64,000 nt of DNA. It comes from Escherichia phage vB_EcoM_Shinka. Location: sequence record MZ502379.1. One strand, 5' to 3'. Positions 28,477-41,995 of the stretch are shown in pieces; the stretch's first letter is position 1, and each line of letters begins with the position of its first letter. A program made the translations under genes and the position numbers. The notes beneath the pieces are model-generated. The model saw only the letters and a list, made by a program, of their open reading frames with translations. It was not told the DNA's origin and ran no database searches.

Positions 28477-28811
28477 TTCATAATCACCAGATAAGCAGAT
28501 TTAGCAGTTTCAACACGATAAATTTCGTGACGAAGTTTAGTTATACTTTTAATAACAGAACTAATTATATTCTGCCCATCTTTAAAGCGGTTTTTCTTAT
28601 CAATAAAAATTGCGCCAACCATCTTTTTGTGAAGCTCAACTGGATACTTCGTCACAATAATAGCATCATACACAGAAGGATGAATACTATTCACTAGAGT
28701 GTCATTCATTAAAGTTATTCTAATGAACTGTACTGTTTCAGAGTCAAGCGCTCTATGATCGCCAGTATCATTTTCAAGACAATTATCAATTATATCAGTT
28801 AAATTCATCAT
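28473..28811 (-). CDS. hypothetical protein (cd.x region)
   Basis: 112-aa ORF. Confidence 0.6.
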   Translation of the reverse strand: MMNLTDIIDNCLENDTGDHRALDSETVQFIRITLMNDTLVNSIHPSVYDAIIVTKYPVELHKKMVGAIFIDKKNRFKDGQNIISSVIKSITKLRHEIYRVETAKSAYLVIMK

Positions 28812-29044
28812 AGTACGCCATACACCCTTTGTGCTTCAACTAATCCATCAAAATCCAGTTTAAGATGCGATATTTGATCGCCATCACCTGGATTCACAAT
28901 TACTAATACTGAACGAGGAGTTTCGGTAATAACACGAACCGACGTTTCAGGAAATCGTTCAGAAACCTTATTTACTAATTCCTGTGCAAATAGTTTAACT
29001 TTTTCTTGGAATTCTTTAACAGTAATTGGTTTTTCACTTAGCAT
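28808..29044 (-). CDS. hypothetical protein (cd.x region)
   Basis: 78-aa ORF. Confidence 0.6.
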   Translation of the reverse strand: MLSEKPITVKEFQEKVKLFAQELVNKVSERFPETSVRVITETPRSVLVIVNPGDGDQISHLKLDFDGLVEAQRVYGVL

Positions 29045-29565
29045 GTTGATCCCAGCTCCTTACTTTCAACGTTTTTAACTAATTTGACAGAAACTAATTC
29101 AGCATCTTGAGTAATCATTACCGGACCTTCTTCATACTCTTCAAGATATTCTAGAGCTTTATTTTTAGCTTCTTCCTTCGTATCAGTTTGAGCATAGATA
29201 TAAAACATACAACCAGTAATACCTACTACTTTCCACTTAATTTCTTTATCAGTTTTAATTTCAAATTTACTGGCAGAATCATCTTTTTGAACTTCTTCGA
29301 AAAAAGAATATTCTAACATATAAGCAATTGAAAATAACGGGCTAACTTTATAGGATTCGCCCATTACATCAACAGCTTTATACCAGCAGTCATCAATTTC
29401 GCGTTTAATGCTAATAACATTTTTCGCAGGATCTATTTTTACTTTAAATGAATTTTCCCCAATAAACTGGGCAATTCGTTTATTAGCCCCGCAAGTTTCA
29501 TTAAAAATATCTTTATACCCAGTTTTAAAGCGATAAACCTTATCTTCTTCAAACCATTCGCTCAT
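29038..29565 (-). CDS. hypothetical protein (cd.x region)
   Basis: 175-aa ORF with early-type promoter upstream. Confidence 0.65.
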   Translation of the reverse strand: MSEWFEEDKVYRFKTGYKDIFNETCGANKRIAQFIGENSFKVKIDPAKNVISIKREIDDCWYKAVDVMGESYKVSPLFSIAYMLEYSFFEEVQKDDSASKFEIKTDKEIKWKVVGITGCMFYIYAQTDTKEEAKNKALEYLEEYEEGPVMITQDAELVSVKLVKNVESKELGSTC

Positions 29566-29595
29566 TTCAATTTCCTCGTTTGTTTTGGTAGAGCT

Positions 29596-29625
29596 ATAAT
29601 ATCACAACTCTACCGTAAAGTAAAC
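29596..29625 (-). promoter_or_regulatory. early-type promoter
   Basis: Minus-strand GTTTAC...TGATATTAT upstream of ORF 29038-29565. Confidence 0.5.
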
Positions 29626-29626
29626 T

Positions 29627-29902
29627 TTAAATTGCTTTGAATTCTGATGTCTGTGATTCAAAGCGAATATCGCCTTTGATGACTAGCTCAGCATCAAGAC
29701 CGAATACGACAATGATATGCGCGGAACCTGGATACAACGTGATGGCAACAGAATCCACCTGGTCTGGAAGCAAAGTGTTCAATACATGAGTCACTTGAGC
29801 ATGGATTCGAAGCTCAGCTGCGTTATCAAGTTTTTCAAACATATTATTAGCGATAATTTGGCTAAACACTACTTCTACGATTTTAGAGTAAGTCGGAAAC
29901 AT
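29627..29902 (-). CDS. hypothetical protein (cd.x region)
   Basis: 91-aa ORF. Confidence 0.6.
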   Translation of the reverse strand: MFPTYSKIVEVVFSQIIANNMFEKLDNAAELRIHAQVTHVLNTLLPDQVDSVAITLYPGSAHIIVVFGLDAELVIKGDIRFESQTSEFKAI

Positions 29903-29904
29903 AT

Positions 29905-30105
29905 TTACCTCACATAATTTTCTTCAAGCCAATCAATAACATCCAAAGCGTTATCAAAAGTTGCGCCATCTACTTTGTCTTCTGTTTCATAATCAAGAAC
30001 ATCTAGGCCTACTCTTCCGTCAACAATAGGCCATAGACAAAATAGATATTTCTTTTCTTTTTCAATTTTATCACAAAGACGATAAATCTTTTCTAGGTTA
30101 TTCAT
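29905..30105 (-). CDS. hypothetical protein (cd.x region)
   Basis: 66-aa ORF. Confidence 0.55.
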   Translation of the reverse strand: MNNLEKIYRLCDKIEKEKKYLFCLWPIVDGRVGLDVLDYETEDKVDGATFDNALDVIDWLEENYVR

Positions 30106-30294
30106 ACGTTTTCCATGGTAAAGGCAGTTTAGTTTTCTTTACTACTAGTTCAACATCAGGATTCTTTTCTCTTAATTTAAGGCATTCCTCCCAAGCTCTG
30201 ATTTCACTAGTGAATACACAAAATTGCCCATTACTAGTACCAACTAAACCACTATTTACAATAACAATAGACCAAGTTTCATGATGCCACGCCA

Positions 30295-30295
<1 letters not shown>
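30098..30295 (-). CDS. hypothetical protein
   Basis: 65-aa ORF directly downstream of pseT. Confidence 0.55.
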
Positions 30296-31520
<1,225 letters not shown>

Positions 31521-31523
31521 TTA

Positions 31524-31754
31524 TTATTTCTCAACCAATGATTGAATATAATCATGCAAGTCTTTAGATGCTTTACCCCACTTATTTTGGTATTCATTTT
31601 TAAGATTAGCCCGAGATTGAGCTAATAAAACATCATTAGTTGGAGGTAAAGATTCTAACCGTTGAATCTGGCGTCCATAAATCATTGCAGCCATCTCGGA
31701 TTCATAAATCAATCCTTTGAGATGTTCAAATTGATGCCATGAAATCATTTGCAT
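31524..31754 (-). CDS. hypothetical protein
   Basis: 76-aa ORF. Confidence 0.55.
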   Translation of the reverse strand: MQMISWHQFEHLKGLIYESEMAAMIYGRQIQRLESLPPTNDVLLAQSRANLKNEYQNKWGKASKDLHDYIQSLVEK

Positions 31755-32044
31755 TTATCCTCTTTTAACTCTTGACGATAATAACATATCATAGTTTTCT
31801 GATCATGTACATATCGTTTTACATCATTAAGCCAAATGCGAAATTCCTGGGAATCTTCAAATGGCATACCGACCCAAGCTTTACCATCAATAACTTTAAC
31901 TTGCCAAGATAGTTTAGCTTCATCATATGACTTTATTTGTACAGGCCAATTAGGATGAACTGTTTCTTTCTTTACTTCTAGAGGCTTTGTCGAACAACCA
32001 ACTAGAAGACCAATAGATAATATTACTGCTGATAGTTTAATCAT
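31745..32044 (-). CDS. pseT.2: outer-membrane spanin (o-spanin) lipoprotein
   Basis: 99-aa ORF; signal peptide and lipobox LLVGC near the N-terminus; overlaps the upstream i-spanin gene. Confidence 0.8.
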   Translation of the reverse strand: MIKLSAVILSIGLLVGCSTKPLEVKKETVHPNWPVQIKSYDEAKLSWQVKVIDGKAWVGMPFEDSQEFRIWLNDVKRYVHDQKTMICYYRQELKEDKCK

Positions 32045-32394
32045 TTAGAAAGGTCCTGGATGTCTTCTGCGAACTTGTTGAAGGAGTTGTTGATTTGTTT
32101 TTCAACCAATCCTGGCTTATGAGCCACCACATCCGCCTTCTTTGCGTCTTTGCGCAGTTTTTCATTTTCACGCTCAATAGCAGCAATTGCCTCACGATTT
32201 TTATTATTCATCGCATCAATATAATTATACTGAATTCGCAAATTATTTAATGCTAAAGCGTTTTCATTGGCCGTTTTTGTAATTTCTACAACAGACGTTT
32301 CTAATCTTTCAATTTTATTTTTTAAAATTAAAGAAGTTCCGCCCAATGCAATTACAATTAATAGCAAGCCTGCTGTCGTATTACTTAATTGCAT
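32041..32394 (-). CDS. pseT.3: inner-membrane spanin (i-spanin)
   Basis: 117-aa ORF; N-terminal transmembrane helix then a coiled-coil periplasmic domain; adjacent to the o-spanin. Confidence 0.8.
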   Translation of the reverse strand: MQLSNTTAGLLLIVIALGGTSLILKNKIERLETSVVEITKTANENALALNNLRIQYNYIDAMNNKNREAIAAIERENEKLRKDAKKADVVAHKPGLVEKQINNSFNKFAEDIQDLSK

Positions 32395-33018
32395 AAAGTT
32401 TTAATAACCTCTATAATATCGTCTTGAGAAAGACCGTTAATTAAAATATGATGTTCAGCCGGAGATTTAGAAATTTTAAAGCATGCCTCAACATCTTCTG
32501 CCATATCCGATGCGCTACGATTTGGATTACTAATTCCAAGACGATGTTTTCCCGTTAAAGGATTAACGATGATATAGCATTTCAGCCGGAGATTTAGAAA
32601 TTTTAAAGCATGCCTCAACATCTTCTGCCATATCCGATGCGCTACGATTTGGATTACTAATTCCAAGACGATGTTTTCCCGTTAAAGGATTAACGATGAT
32701 ATAGCATTTACAGTTGTTAATATGAACATTAGGTTGAGTCTGATTAATGAACACATCGCAATCATATTTCGCAAGCTGATTTTCTAAAAAGACTTTCATC
32801 TCCTCAACCGCATCAGGAAGCATATCACGGGCTTGCTCAAGACGACGATTTCGATATTCTTTAATGGTCGTTTTCCGCTTGACTTGCTTAGCTAAATCTT
32901 TCTTAAGATCGGTGATATATCCAACTCGACGATTTCCTTTAAATACAGAAATCCCATCTGTAGTATCACCGTATGCTTCAACGACCATTTCAGTAGTAAT
33001 AAGCTGCAAATCCATCAT
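32385..33018 (-). pseudogene. alc: alc (unf) gene disrupted by a 127-bp tandem duplication
   Basis: Two overlapping ORFs (151 aa and 93 aa) share the identical 43-aa segment KCYIIVNPLTGKHRLGISNPNRSASDMAEDVEACFKISKSPAE; removing one repeat copy restores a single ~167-aa ORF. Confidence 0.8.
32455..32708. repeat. perfect tandem duplication, 2 x 127 bp (copy 1 32455-32581, copy 2 32582-32708; boundaries slide by 2-3 nt)
   Basis: Identical 127-nt units read directly from the sequence; length not divisible by 3. Confidence 0.9.
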
Positions 33019-33046
33019 AAAGTCCTCATGTTATGTCAGTAAGACT

Positions 33047-33076
33047 ACTATAACACAACACGAGGGACTTGTAAAC
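33047..33076 (-). promoter_or_regulatory. early-type promoter upstream of alc (54-bp identical copy of the 17.1-kb promoter)
   Basis: Identical to 17084-17137 over 54 bp. Confidence 0.55.
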
Positions 33077-33079
33077 AGC

Positions 33080-34667
<1,588 letters not shown>

Positions 34668-34694
34668 AATAAAATGGGCCTTGCGGCCCACTCC

Positions 34695-35873
34695 TTAAAA
34701 ATATTTTTTAAAACTCATCATAACTTTATCATCAACATCATTATCAATCTGTGCTACAAGGTAAGATGACAGTTCTACTTCTTGCGGTGCAGATTGAACA
34801 TTATCAGAATTAAGGTATTCACGAATCCAAGGATATGGATGTTTAACCGGAGCATCGGTAATTGGACATGGAAGACCACACTGTTTCATACGAGATACAG
34901 TTAAGTAATCAATAAAGCTCCACATGCTATTTGTATTTAATCCAGGAACATCGCCATCTTTAAATAAATGAACTGCCCAATCTTTTTCTTGGCGGTTAAC
35001 TTCCATGAAAATATCAACTGCTTCTTGTTCACACTCTTGAGCAATTTTAACCCATTCATCGCCATCAGTACCGGATTGAAGTTGACGAATAATATATTGG
35101 GTGCCTTTAAGGTGAAGCTGCTCATCACGTGCAATGAACTTCATAATCTTGGCATTACCTTCCATGATTTCCATGTTCTTGTGGAAGTTAAAGGTACATG
35201 CAAAAGATACATAAAAGCGGATAGCTTCCAATGCGTTGATTACGTGCAGGCAGAGGTAAAGAGATTTCATTAGTGCTCGTTTAGCTTCGGCTTCTTGTTT
35301 AATAGCTCGATTTAAACGAAAATCAGCATCAGGAGATTCTTTAGCTAGTTCTACAAATTCTTTAGCATTTTCCCATTCACGGGTCTTCTTAAGAACATCA
35401 TCGTAATAGCGACCAATGGACTCGGCGCGTTTCATAATATCTTCATCTAATACAATCTCATCAAATACTTTTGACGGATCAGTATAAAGATTTCGCATAA
35501 TATGAGTGTATGAACGACTGTGAATAGTTTCGCTGAAAGTCCATGTAGCAACCCATGTATCAAGGCTTGGATCTGAAATTAACGACATAAGTACAGCAGA
35601 CGGCGCACGACCCTGAATGCTATCCAAAAGTGATTGATACTTCAGGTTATTAGTAAAAATATCTTGCTGATATTGAGGAAGCTTGTTAAATTGTGCAGCA
35701 TCCATCATTAAGTTTACTTCTTCAGGACGCCAGAAAAATGATAACTGCTTTTCGGTTAAATCTTCAAAAACTTTATGGCGTTGAATATCATAACGCGCAA
35801 TACCAAGACCTGAACCGAAGAACATAGGTTCTTTTAAAACATCAACTGGATTTGTATTAAAAACTGTGCTCAT
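34695..35873 (-). CDS. nrdB: ribonucleotide reductase small subunit NrdB (uninterrupted)
   Basis: 392-aa continuous ORF with diiron-site E..H motifs; no intron detected. Confidence 0.93.
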   Translation of the reverse strand: MSTVFNTNPVDVLKEPMFFGSGLGIARYDIQRHKVFEDLTEKQLSFFWRPEEVNLMMDAAQFNKLPQYQQDIFTNNLKYQSLLDSIQGRAPSAVLMSLISDPSLDTWVATWTFSETIHSRSYTHIMRNLYTDPSKVFDEIVLDEDIMKRAESIGRYYDDVLKKTREWENAKEFVELAKESPDADFRLNRAIKQEAEAKRALMKSLYLCLHVINALEAIRFYVSFACTFNFHKNMEIMEGNAKIMKFIARDEQLHLKGTQYIIRQLQSGTDGDEWVKIAQECEQEAVDIFMEVNRQEKDWAVHLFKDGDVPGLNTNSMWSFIDYLTVSRMKQCGLPCPITDAPVKHPYPWIREYLNSDNVQSAPQEVELSSYLVAQIDNDVDDKVMMSFKKYF

Positions 35874-35924
35874 AAATTTTCCGCTTAGTTAATAGATAGT
35901 GACTCGTCCGTGAGTCAAATTATA

Positions 35925-38189
35925 TCATAATTTACAGGATGAACAATCTTCAGCTTTTGGAGTTTCTATTTCATAATCATCAGTACCAGAACCGTCGCGG
36001 GTATTATGATAATAGAAATTTTTTCCGCCAAAATACCAAAAATACAAAAGGTCATCAATCATTATTGACATTGGAACCTTTCCTTTTGGAAAAATCTGCG
36101 GGTCATAATATGTATTTGCTGAAGCTGATTGACATACCCATTTAAGCATAATAGCTACCTGCGTAAGATAAGGTTTATTACCTTTCTTAGCTAATTTCCA
36201 CGTATAATCATAGAGGTCTATGTTATGCTCAATATTGGGCACGACTTGATTAAAGGAACCCTCTTTTGATTCTTTAACAGAGACTGGTCCACGTGGAGGC
36301 TCGATACCGTTTGTACTGTTAGAAACTTGTGAAGATGACTCACATGGCATAAGTGCTGATAATGTGCTATTACGGATGCCAAAGAGCTTAAGGTCTTCCC
36401 GCAGCGACGACCAGTCACAAACGTATTTTGGAGCTGCGATTTGGTCAATCTTTTTATTGTACCAGTCGATAGGTAATTCGCCTCGAGACCAACGAGTGTC
36501 TGAATAATATTCGCAAGGTCCTTTTTCTTTGGCGAGCTTAATGGATGCTTTAATGAGTCCATACTGCAATCTCTCAAATAGTTCATGTGTTAAATCGTTA
36601 GCATCTTCATAAGAAGCAAAGTTACTTGCCAGCCAAGCTGCATAGTTGGTAACACCTACACCGAGGTTACGACGCTTTTTAGCTTTTTCTGCTTCAGGAA
36701 CTGGATATCCTTGGTAATCCAACAGATTATCAAGAGCACGAACTTGAACTTCTGCCAATTCATTAATTTTATCTTGGTCTTGCCAGTCAAAATTATCTAG
36801 TACGAATGCAGAGAGAGTACACAATCCAATTTCAGCATCAGGACTATTCACATCATTTGTTGGAATAGCAATTTCACAACACAAGTTACTCTGACGAATA
36901 GGCGCCTTTTCACGAATAAACGGAGTATAGTTATTCGTATTATCAATGAACTGCACATAAATCCTTGCGGTTCCTGAACGTTCAGTCATGAGCAATTCAA
37001 ATAGTTCACGGGCTTTAATACGCTTTTTACGAATATTAGGGTCTTTTTCTGCTGCTTCGTATAATTCACGGAAACGGTTTTGGTCTTTAAAATAAGAATA
37101 ATAAAGCTCGCCACCCATTTCATGCGGACTGAACAAAGTAATGTAATCGTTCTTTCCGAATCGTTCCATCATCAAATCATTCAGCTGAACACCATAATCC
37201 ATATGACGAATGCGGTTTTCTTCTACGCCTTTGTTATTTTTCAAAACGAGAAGATTTTCAACTTCCAAATGCCAAATAGGATAATAAGCAGTAGCAGCGC
37301 CGCCACGAATTCCACCCTGTGAGCATGATTTAACAGCAGTCTGAAAATGTTTCCAAAAAGGAATAACACCAGTATGACGCACTTCACCCATGCCAATCTT
37401 AGAACCTTCGGCACGAATCATACCAACGTTAATACCAATTCCAGCACGTTTGGAGATATATTCAACAATTGAAGCGGAAGCCTTGTTGATAGACTTCAGC
37501 GAATCACCTGCCTCAATAACAACGCATGAACTAAATTGCCGAGTTGGAGTACGACAACCGGCCATAATAGGAGTTGGCAATGAAATCTGTCGAGTAGATA
37601 CTGCTTCATAAAAACGAATAACATGTTTTAATCTATCAACAGGTTCATCTTGATGCAATGCCATTCCAATAGTCATAAATGCAAACTGTGGAGTTTCATA
37701 AATTTGACCAGTGGTTTTATCTTTAACTAAATATTTTTCTTTTAATTGCATCGCCCCGGAATAAGTAAATTCCATATCCCGTTCGTGCTTAATTTTTGAT
37801 TCTAAAAATGTAATTTCTTCTGCTGAATATTTTGACAACAATTCAGGGTCATATTTACCTTCATTTACACAGTAAGAAATATGGTCAATAAATGAACGTG
37901 GTTCATACTGCCCATAAACATGCTTACGAAGAGCGAACATTAAACAGCGTGCAGCTACATATTGATAATCAGGCTCTTCAACCGAAATAGAATTCGCAGC
38001 GGCCTTAATGACAATAGTCTGAATATCATCAGTTGTCATTCCATCACGGAGATAAGATTTAATATTTTCATATAATTCATAAGGATCTACTGATGTTCCT
38101 TCAGCTGCCCAAGATAAAACTTTAATAATTTTTTGCGGGTCAAAGCTCTGAGAAACACCACTACTTTTGATAACATTAATTAATTGCAT
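35925..38189 (-). CDS. nrdA: ribonucleotide reductase large subunit NrdA
   Basis: 754-aa ORF, class Ia RNR alpha subunit, T4 NrdA length. Confidence 0.96.
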   Translation of the reverse strand: MQLINVIKSSGVSQSFDPQKIIKVLSWAAEGTSVDPYELYENIKSYLRDGMTTDDIQTIVIKAAANSISVEEPDYQYVAARCLMFALRKHVYGQYEPRSFIDHISYCVNEGKYDPELLSKYSAEEITFLESKIKHERDMEFTYSGAMQLKEKYLVKDKTTGQIYETPQFAFMTIGMALHQDEPVDRLKHVIRFYEAVSTRQISLPTPIMAGCRTPTRQFSSCVVIEAGDSLKSINKASASIVEYISKRAGIGINVGMIRAEGSKIGMGEVRHTGVIPFWKHFQTAVKSCSQGGIRGGAATAYYPIWHLEVENLLVLKNNKGVEENRIRHMDYGVQLNDLMMERFGKNDYITLFSPHEMGGELYYSYFKDQNRFRELYEAAEKDPNIRKKRIKARELFELLMTERSGTARIYVQFIDNTNNYTPFIREKAPIRQSNLCCEIAIPTNDVNSPDAEIGLCTLSAFVLDNFDWQDQDKINELAEVQVRALDNLLDYQGYPVPEAEKAKKRRNLGVGVTNYAAWLASNFASYEDANDLTHELFERLQYGLIKASIKLAKEKGPCEYYSDTRWSRGELPIDWYNKKIDQIAAPKYVCDWSSLREDLKLFGIRNSTLSALMPCESSSQVSNSTNGIEPPRGPVSVKESKEGSFNQVVPNIEHNIDLYDYTWKLAKKGNKPYLTQVAIMLKWVCQSASANTYYDPQIFPKGKVPMSIMIDDLLYFWYFGGKNFYYHNTRDGSGTDDYEIETPKAEDCSSCKL

Positions 38190-38506
38190 AAGTCCTCAAC
38201 TTGAAAATCGTCTTTAAACAGTCGGTTAACTATATGAGCTATTATATCACCATGACACGGCTTTGGTTTACATGTGCATCCTAGCCTCATTCCACGTAAA
38301 GGCTCTAAATGTGCTTTAGTTATTTCTCCGGATTTAATTCGACGTATAAAATCTTTTTTGAATAATTCAATGGCAGCCTCCCGGCTGCCAGCATCTTTAC
38401 CGACGTAATTTCCCCAAAATGTACCACGGTGAATATTAACATCAAAGTCGGATTTATATTTATTCACTACCTGGCATAGACGGCCCGCGCGGTGATAATT
38501 CGTCAT
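38180..38506 (-). CDS. hypothetical protein (nrdA.1 position)
   Basis: 108-aa ORF overlapping the nrdA start. Confidence 0.65.
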   Translation of the reverse strand: MTNYHRAGRLCQVVNKYKSDFDVNIHRGTFWGNYVGKDAGSREAAIELFKKDFIRRIKSGEITKAHLEPLRGMRLGCTCKPKPCHGDIIAHIVNRLFKDDFQVEDLCN

Positions 38507-38723
38507 ATTGTTTTTCCGTTAAAACAGTAATATCATAGTAACAATCAGAAGAAGTTTTAACTGTAGAAATTTTATTATCAAAATACTCACGAGTCATTTT
38601 ATGAGTATAATATTTTTTGCCATAAATGATAATAGGCTGATTTGGTCCTGGAACTTCTAACTCACTTGGGTTAGGAAGTGTAAAAAGAACTACACCAGAA
38701 GTATCTTTAAATCGTAAAATCAT
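38460..38723 (-). CDS. hypothetical protein (nrdA.2 position)
   Basis: 87-aa ORF. Confidence 0.6.
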   Translation of the reverse strand: MILRFKDTSGVVLFTLPNPSELEVPGPNQPIIIYGKKYYTHKMTREYFDNKISTVKTSSDCYYDITVLTEKQYDELSPRGPSMPGSE

Positions 38724-38746
38724 AAATCCTCACAATTAAATTAAAA

Positions 38747-39058
38747 TTACACCGCCATTTTTCCTTTCAAGACGCCGTGGGACTGATAATCTTTGAGAAC
38801 GAAATCTTTAGGCCTGAGTTTAAGAATGTATTCCAATTGTTCTTTAGTAGAAAGATAGCGGAATTTATAAGGCAATCCGCCTATTACCAGTTCACAAAGC
38901 TCTTTAGGTTCACGACGCAAAATTTCTTTACATTGTTCTACGTGATTCATATAGATATGAGTATTACCACCGGAAAATATCAAATCTCCCGGAATAAGAT
39001 TACACATCTTAGCTACAATATGAACTAACGTAGCATATGATGCAATATTAAATGGAAG
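38747..39058 (-). CDS. td: thymidylate synthase, exon 2 (103 codons plus stop)
   Basis: Continues exon 1 in frame after the intron: ...DVFLG | LPFNIASYATLVHIVAK...; the track start at 39061 is the intron-terminal AUG. Confidence 0.9.
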   Translation of the reverse strand, partial: LPFNIASYATLVHIVAKMCNLIPGDLIFSGGNTHIYMNHVEQCKEILRREPKELCELVIGGLPYKFRYLSTKEQLEYILKLRPKDFVLKDYQSHGVLKGKMAV

Positions 39059-39378
39059 CATTATGTTCAGATAAGGTCGTTAATCTTACCCCGGAATTAT
39101 ATCCAGCTGCATGTCACCATGCAGATCAGACTATATCTCCAACTTGTTAAAGCAAGTTGTCTATCGTTTCGAGTCACTTGACCCTACTCCCCAAAGGGAT
39201 AGTCGTTAGGCATTTATGTAGAACCAATTCCATTTATCAGATTTTACACGATAAGTAACTAATCCTGATGAAATTATTAAAGGGTAGTCCTACAATTTAG
39301 CACGGGATTGTCTACTAGAGAGGTTCCCCGTTTAGATAGATTACAAGTATAAGTCACCTTATACTCAGGCCTCAATTA
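39059..39378 (-). other. group I self-splicing intron in td, 320 nt, homing endonuclease ORF largely deleted
   Basis: Begins TAATTGAGGCCTGAGTATAAGGTG and ends ...GAACATAATG (td intron ends as recalled); interrupts the TS motif DVFLG/LPFN; encodes only the I-TevI C-terminal remnant SSGLVTYRVKSDKWNWFYINA. Confidence 0.85.
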
Positions 39379-39926
39379 ACCCAAGAAAACATCTACTGAT
39401 CGTTGATACCACTGCAAATCCAAATAGCCATTACGCACATTAAACTGATAGAACATATGACAAGGCGGTAATGCCATCTGCTTGAGTTCAGCTGGATTCC
39501 ATGCTGAAACAATTTGACGCCTATCATTTGGCAATTTTTTAATACGATCAATAACTTCTATAATTTGGTCTACACCGCCAAAATCACGCCACTGTTTTCC
39601 ATAAATTGGACCAAGTTCACCGCTATGGTATCCTAAATCTTTTGCTTGATTTTCGTAATTTTCATCCCAGACTGTTTTGCCTTGAATTAATGAATTATGT
39701 TGAATTAATCGCAAATCATTGACATTTGTGCTTCCCGATAAAAACCAAAGCAGCTCAGCAATGCAAGCTTTCCAGGCGAGCTTCTTAGTTGTTACTGCAG
39801 GAAAACCTTTAGTTAAATCCCAGCGTAATTTAGTACCGAACAAAGCAATTGTTCCTGTGCCTGTTCGGTCATCGGTTTCGTAGCCATTTTCCAGGATATC
39901 TTTAATTAAAAATTGGTATTGTTTCA

Positions 39927-39927
<1 letters not shown>
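39379..39927 (-). CDS. td: thymidylate synthase, exon 1 (183 codons)
   Basis: ATG 39927 (MKQYQFLIKDILENGYETDDRTGTGT...); active-site region ALPPCH present; the track start at 39939 is a TTG. Confidence 0.9.
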
Positions 39928-40956
<1,029 letters not shown>

Positions 40957-40966
40957 ATTATTTTCC

Positions 40967-41209
40967 TTAAACAGACTTTTTCACAATTTTCCAATCAGCT
41001 TTAAACTGCTCGACGTCAGAATGGTAAATCCAGAATCCTGCGCTTTCTCCATCCTCATAAAGAGGGCATCTATCACATTCATCTTCCCATCCCATATCAC
41101 GCAAAAGATGTTCAGCTTTTTCAACAAGTTCAGAATCTTTACCGATGATATTAAAATACCATTTACCTCTAACTTCCGAATCTTTGATGCTCTGGCGTTG
41201 TAATCTCAT
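40967..41209 (-). CDS. hypothetical protein (frd.x region)
   Basis: 80-aa ORF with early-type promoter upstream. Confidence 0.65.
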   Translation of the reverse strand: MRLQRQSIKDSEVRGKWYFNIIGKDSELVEKAEHLLRDMGWEDECDRCPLYEDGESAGFWIYHSDVEQFKADWKIVKKSV

Positions 41210-41234
41210 TTTATTCTCCTTAGTTGATAGGGTA

Positions 41235-41264
41235 ATAGTATCACACTACTACCCTTCTGTAAAC
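41235..41264 (-). promoter_or_regulatory. early-type promoter
   Basis: Minus-strand GTTTACAGAAGGGTAGTAGTGTGATACTAT upstream of ORF 40967-41209. Confidence 0.5.
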
Positions 41265-41572
41265 TACTTTTTGAAAGTTTTTCGCAAAAGTTCAATGATT
41301 TCATCTACATTGTTTTCGTCTACAATGCAGTGAATTTTTGTTACACCAGAAACCAGGTCTTTGACTTCATCTTCTTCAGAAGTCGGTTCTTTATATTCTC
41401 GGAAACAATAAAACTCTTCTTCACTAAGTTCAAAATAATCATCACCCATACCATCATCATTATAGATTTCACCATTAGCACAAATGATTTCGGTTACATA
41501 ATCAAAGCCATCTAAACTTGATATTGATTTAACTTCAAACCAACCACCATTTTCTTGAATGATGCCGACCAT
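41264..41572 (-). CDS. hypothetical protein (frd.x region)
   Basis: 102-aa acidic ORF. Confidence 0.65.
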   Translation of the reverse strand: MVGIIQENGGWFEVKSISSLDGFDYVTEIICANGEIYNDDGMGDDYFELSEEEFYCFREYKEPTSEEDEVKDLVSGVTKIHCIVDENNVDEIIELLRKTFKK

Positions 41573-41694
41573 ATTAGCATTTGATGAACTAATATCAATG
41601 AAAGATTTAATACGGTGTGGATTTAACTCGTATTTTTGCCGATTTCCATTTTGATTTTCCTCATTTTAATAGGGGCTTAATAGCCCCTTGATAA

Positions 41695-41922
41695 TTATTG
41701 TTCAATCATTCCCATGTAAAATTCTGTGTCTTCAGCATCCATACCATCACAATATTCATTAGCCATAAAGCGGGTGAGGTCTTCAAGAGGACCTTCAATA
41801 ACGATTTGAATACTCCAAAACTTAGAATCTTGCACGCTTGTGATACTAAGTTCAGGATAACGATTACGAATAATCTCTTCAATATATTCAAAATCAACGA
41901 TGTCAATATCAACTTTAGCCAT
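41695..41922 (-). CDS. hypothetical protein
   Basis: 75-aa ORF from ATG 41922 (MAKVDIDIV...) with Shine-Dalgarno and early-type promoter upstream; track ORF over-extended. Confidence 0.6.
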   Translation of the reverse strand: MAKVDIDIVDFEYIEEIIRNRYPELSITSVQDSKFWSIQIVIEGPLEDLTRFMANEYCDGMDAEDTEFYMGMIEQ

Positions 41923-41965
41923 ATTATTTTCCTCTTTAATCATCAGCAGTATTGCCAATAGTTGT

Positions 41966-41995
41966 ATAGTACCATGGAAGAACAGGGATGTAAAC
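41966..41995 (-). promoter_or_regulatory. early-type promoter
   Basis: Minus-strand GTTTAC...GGTACTATACAACTAT upstream of ORF 41695-41922. Confidence 0.5.

Noticed and set aside
39059-39061. ATG at 39061-39059 as the start of a separate 104-aa C-terminal thymidylate synthase gene
   Set aside because: This AUG is the last three nucleotides of the group I intron. Exon 2 joins exon 1 in frame, so the two ORFs are one spliced gene, not a split or pseudogenised td.
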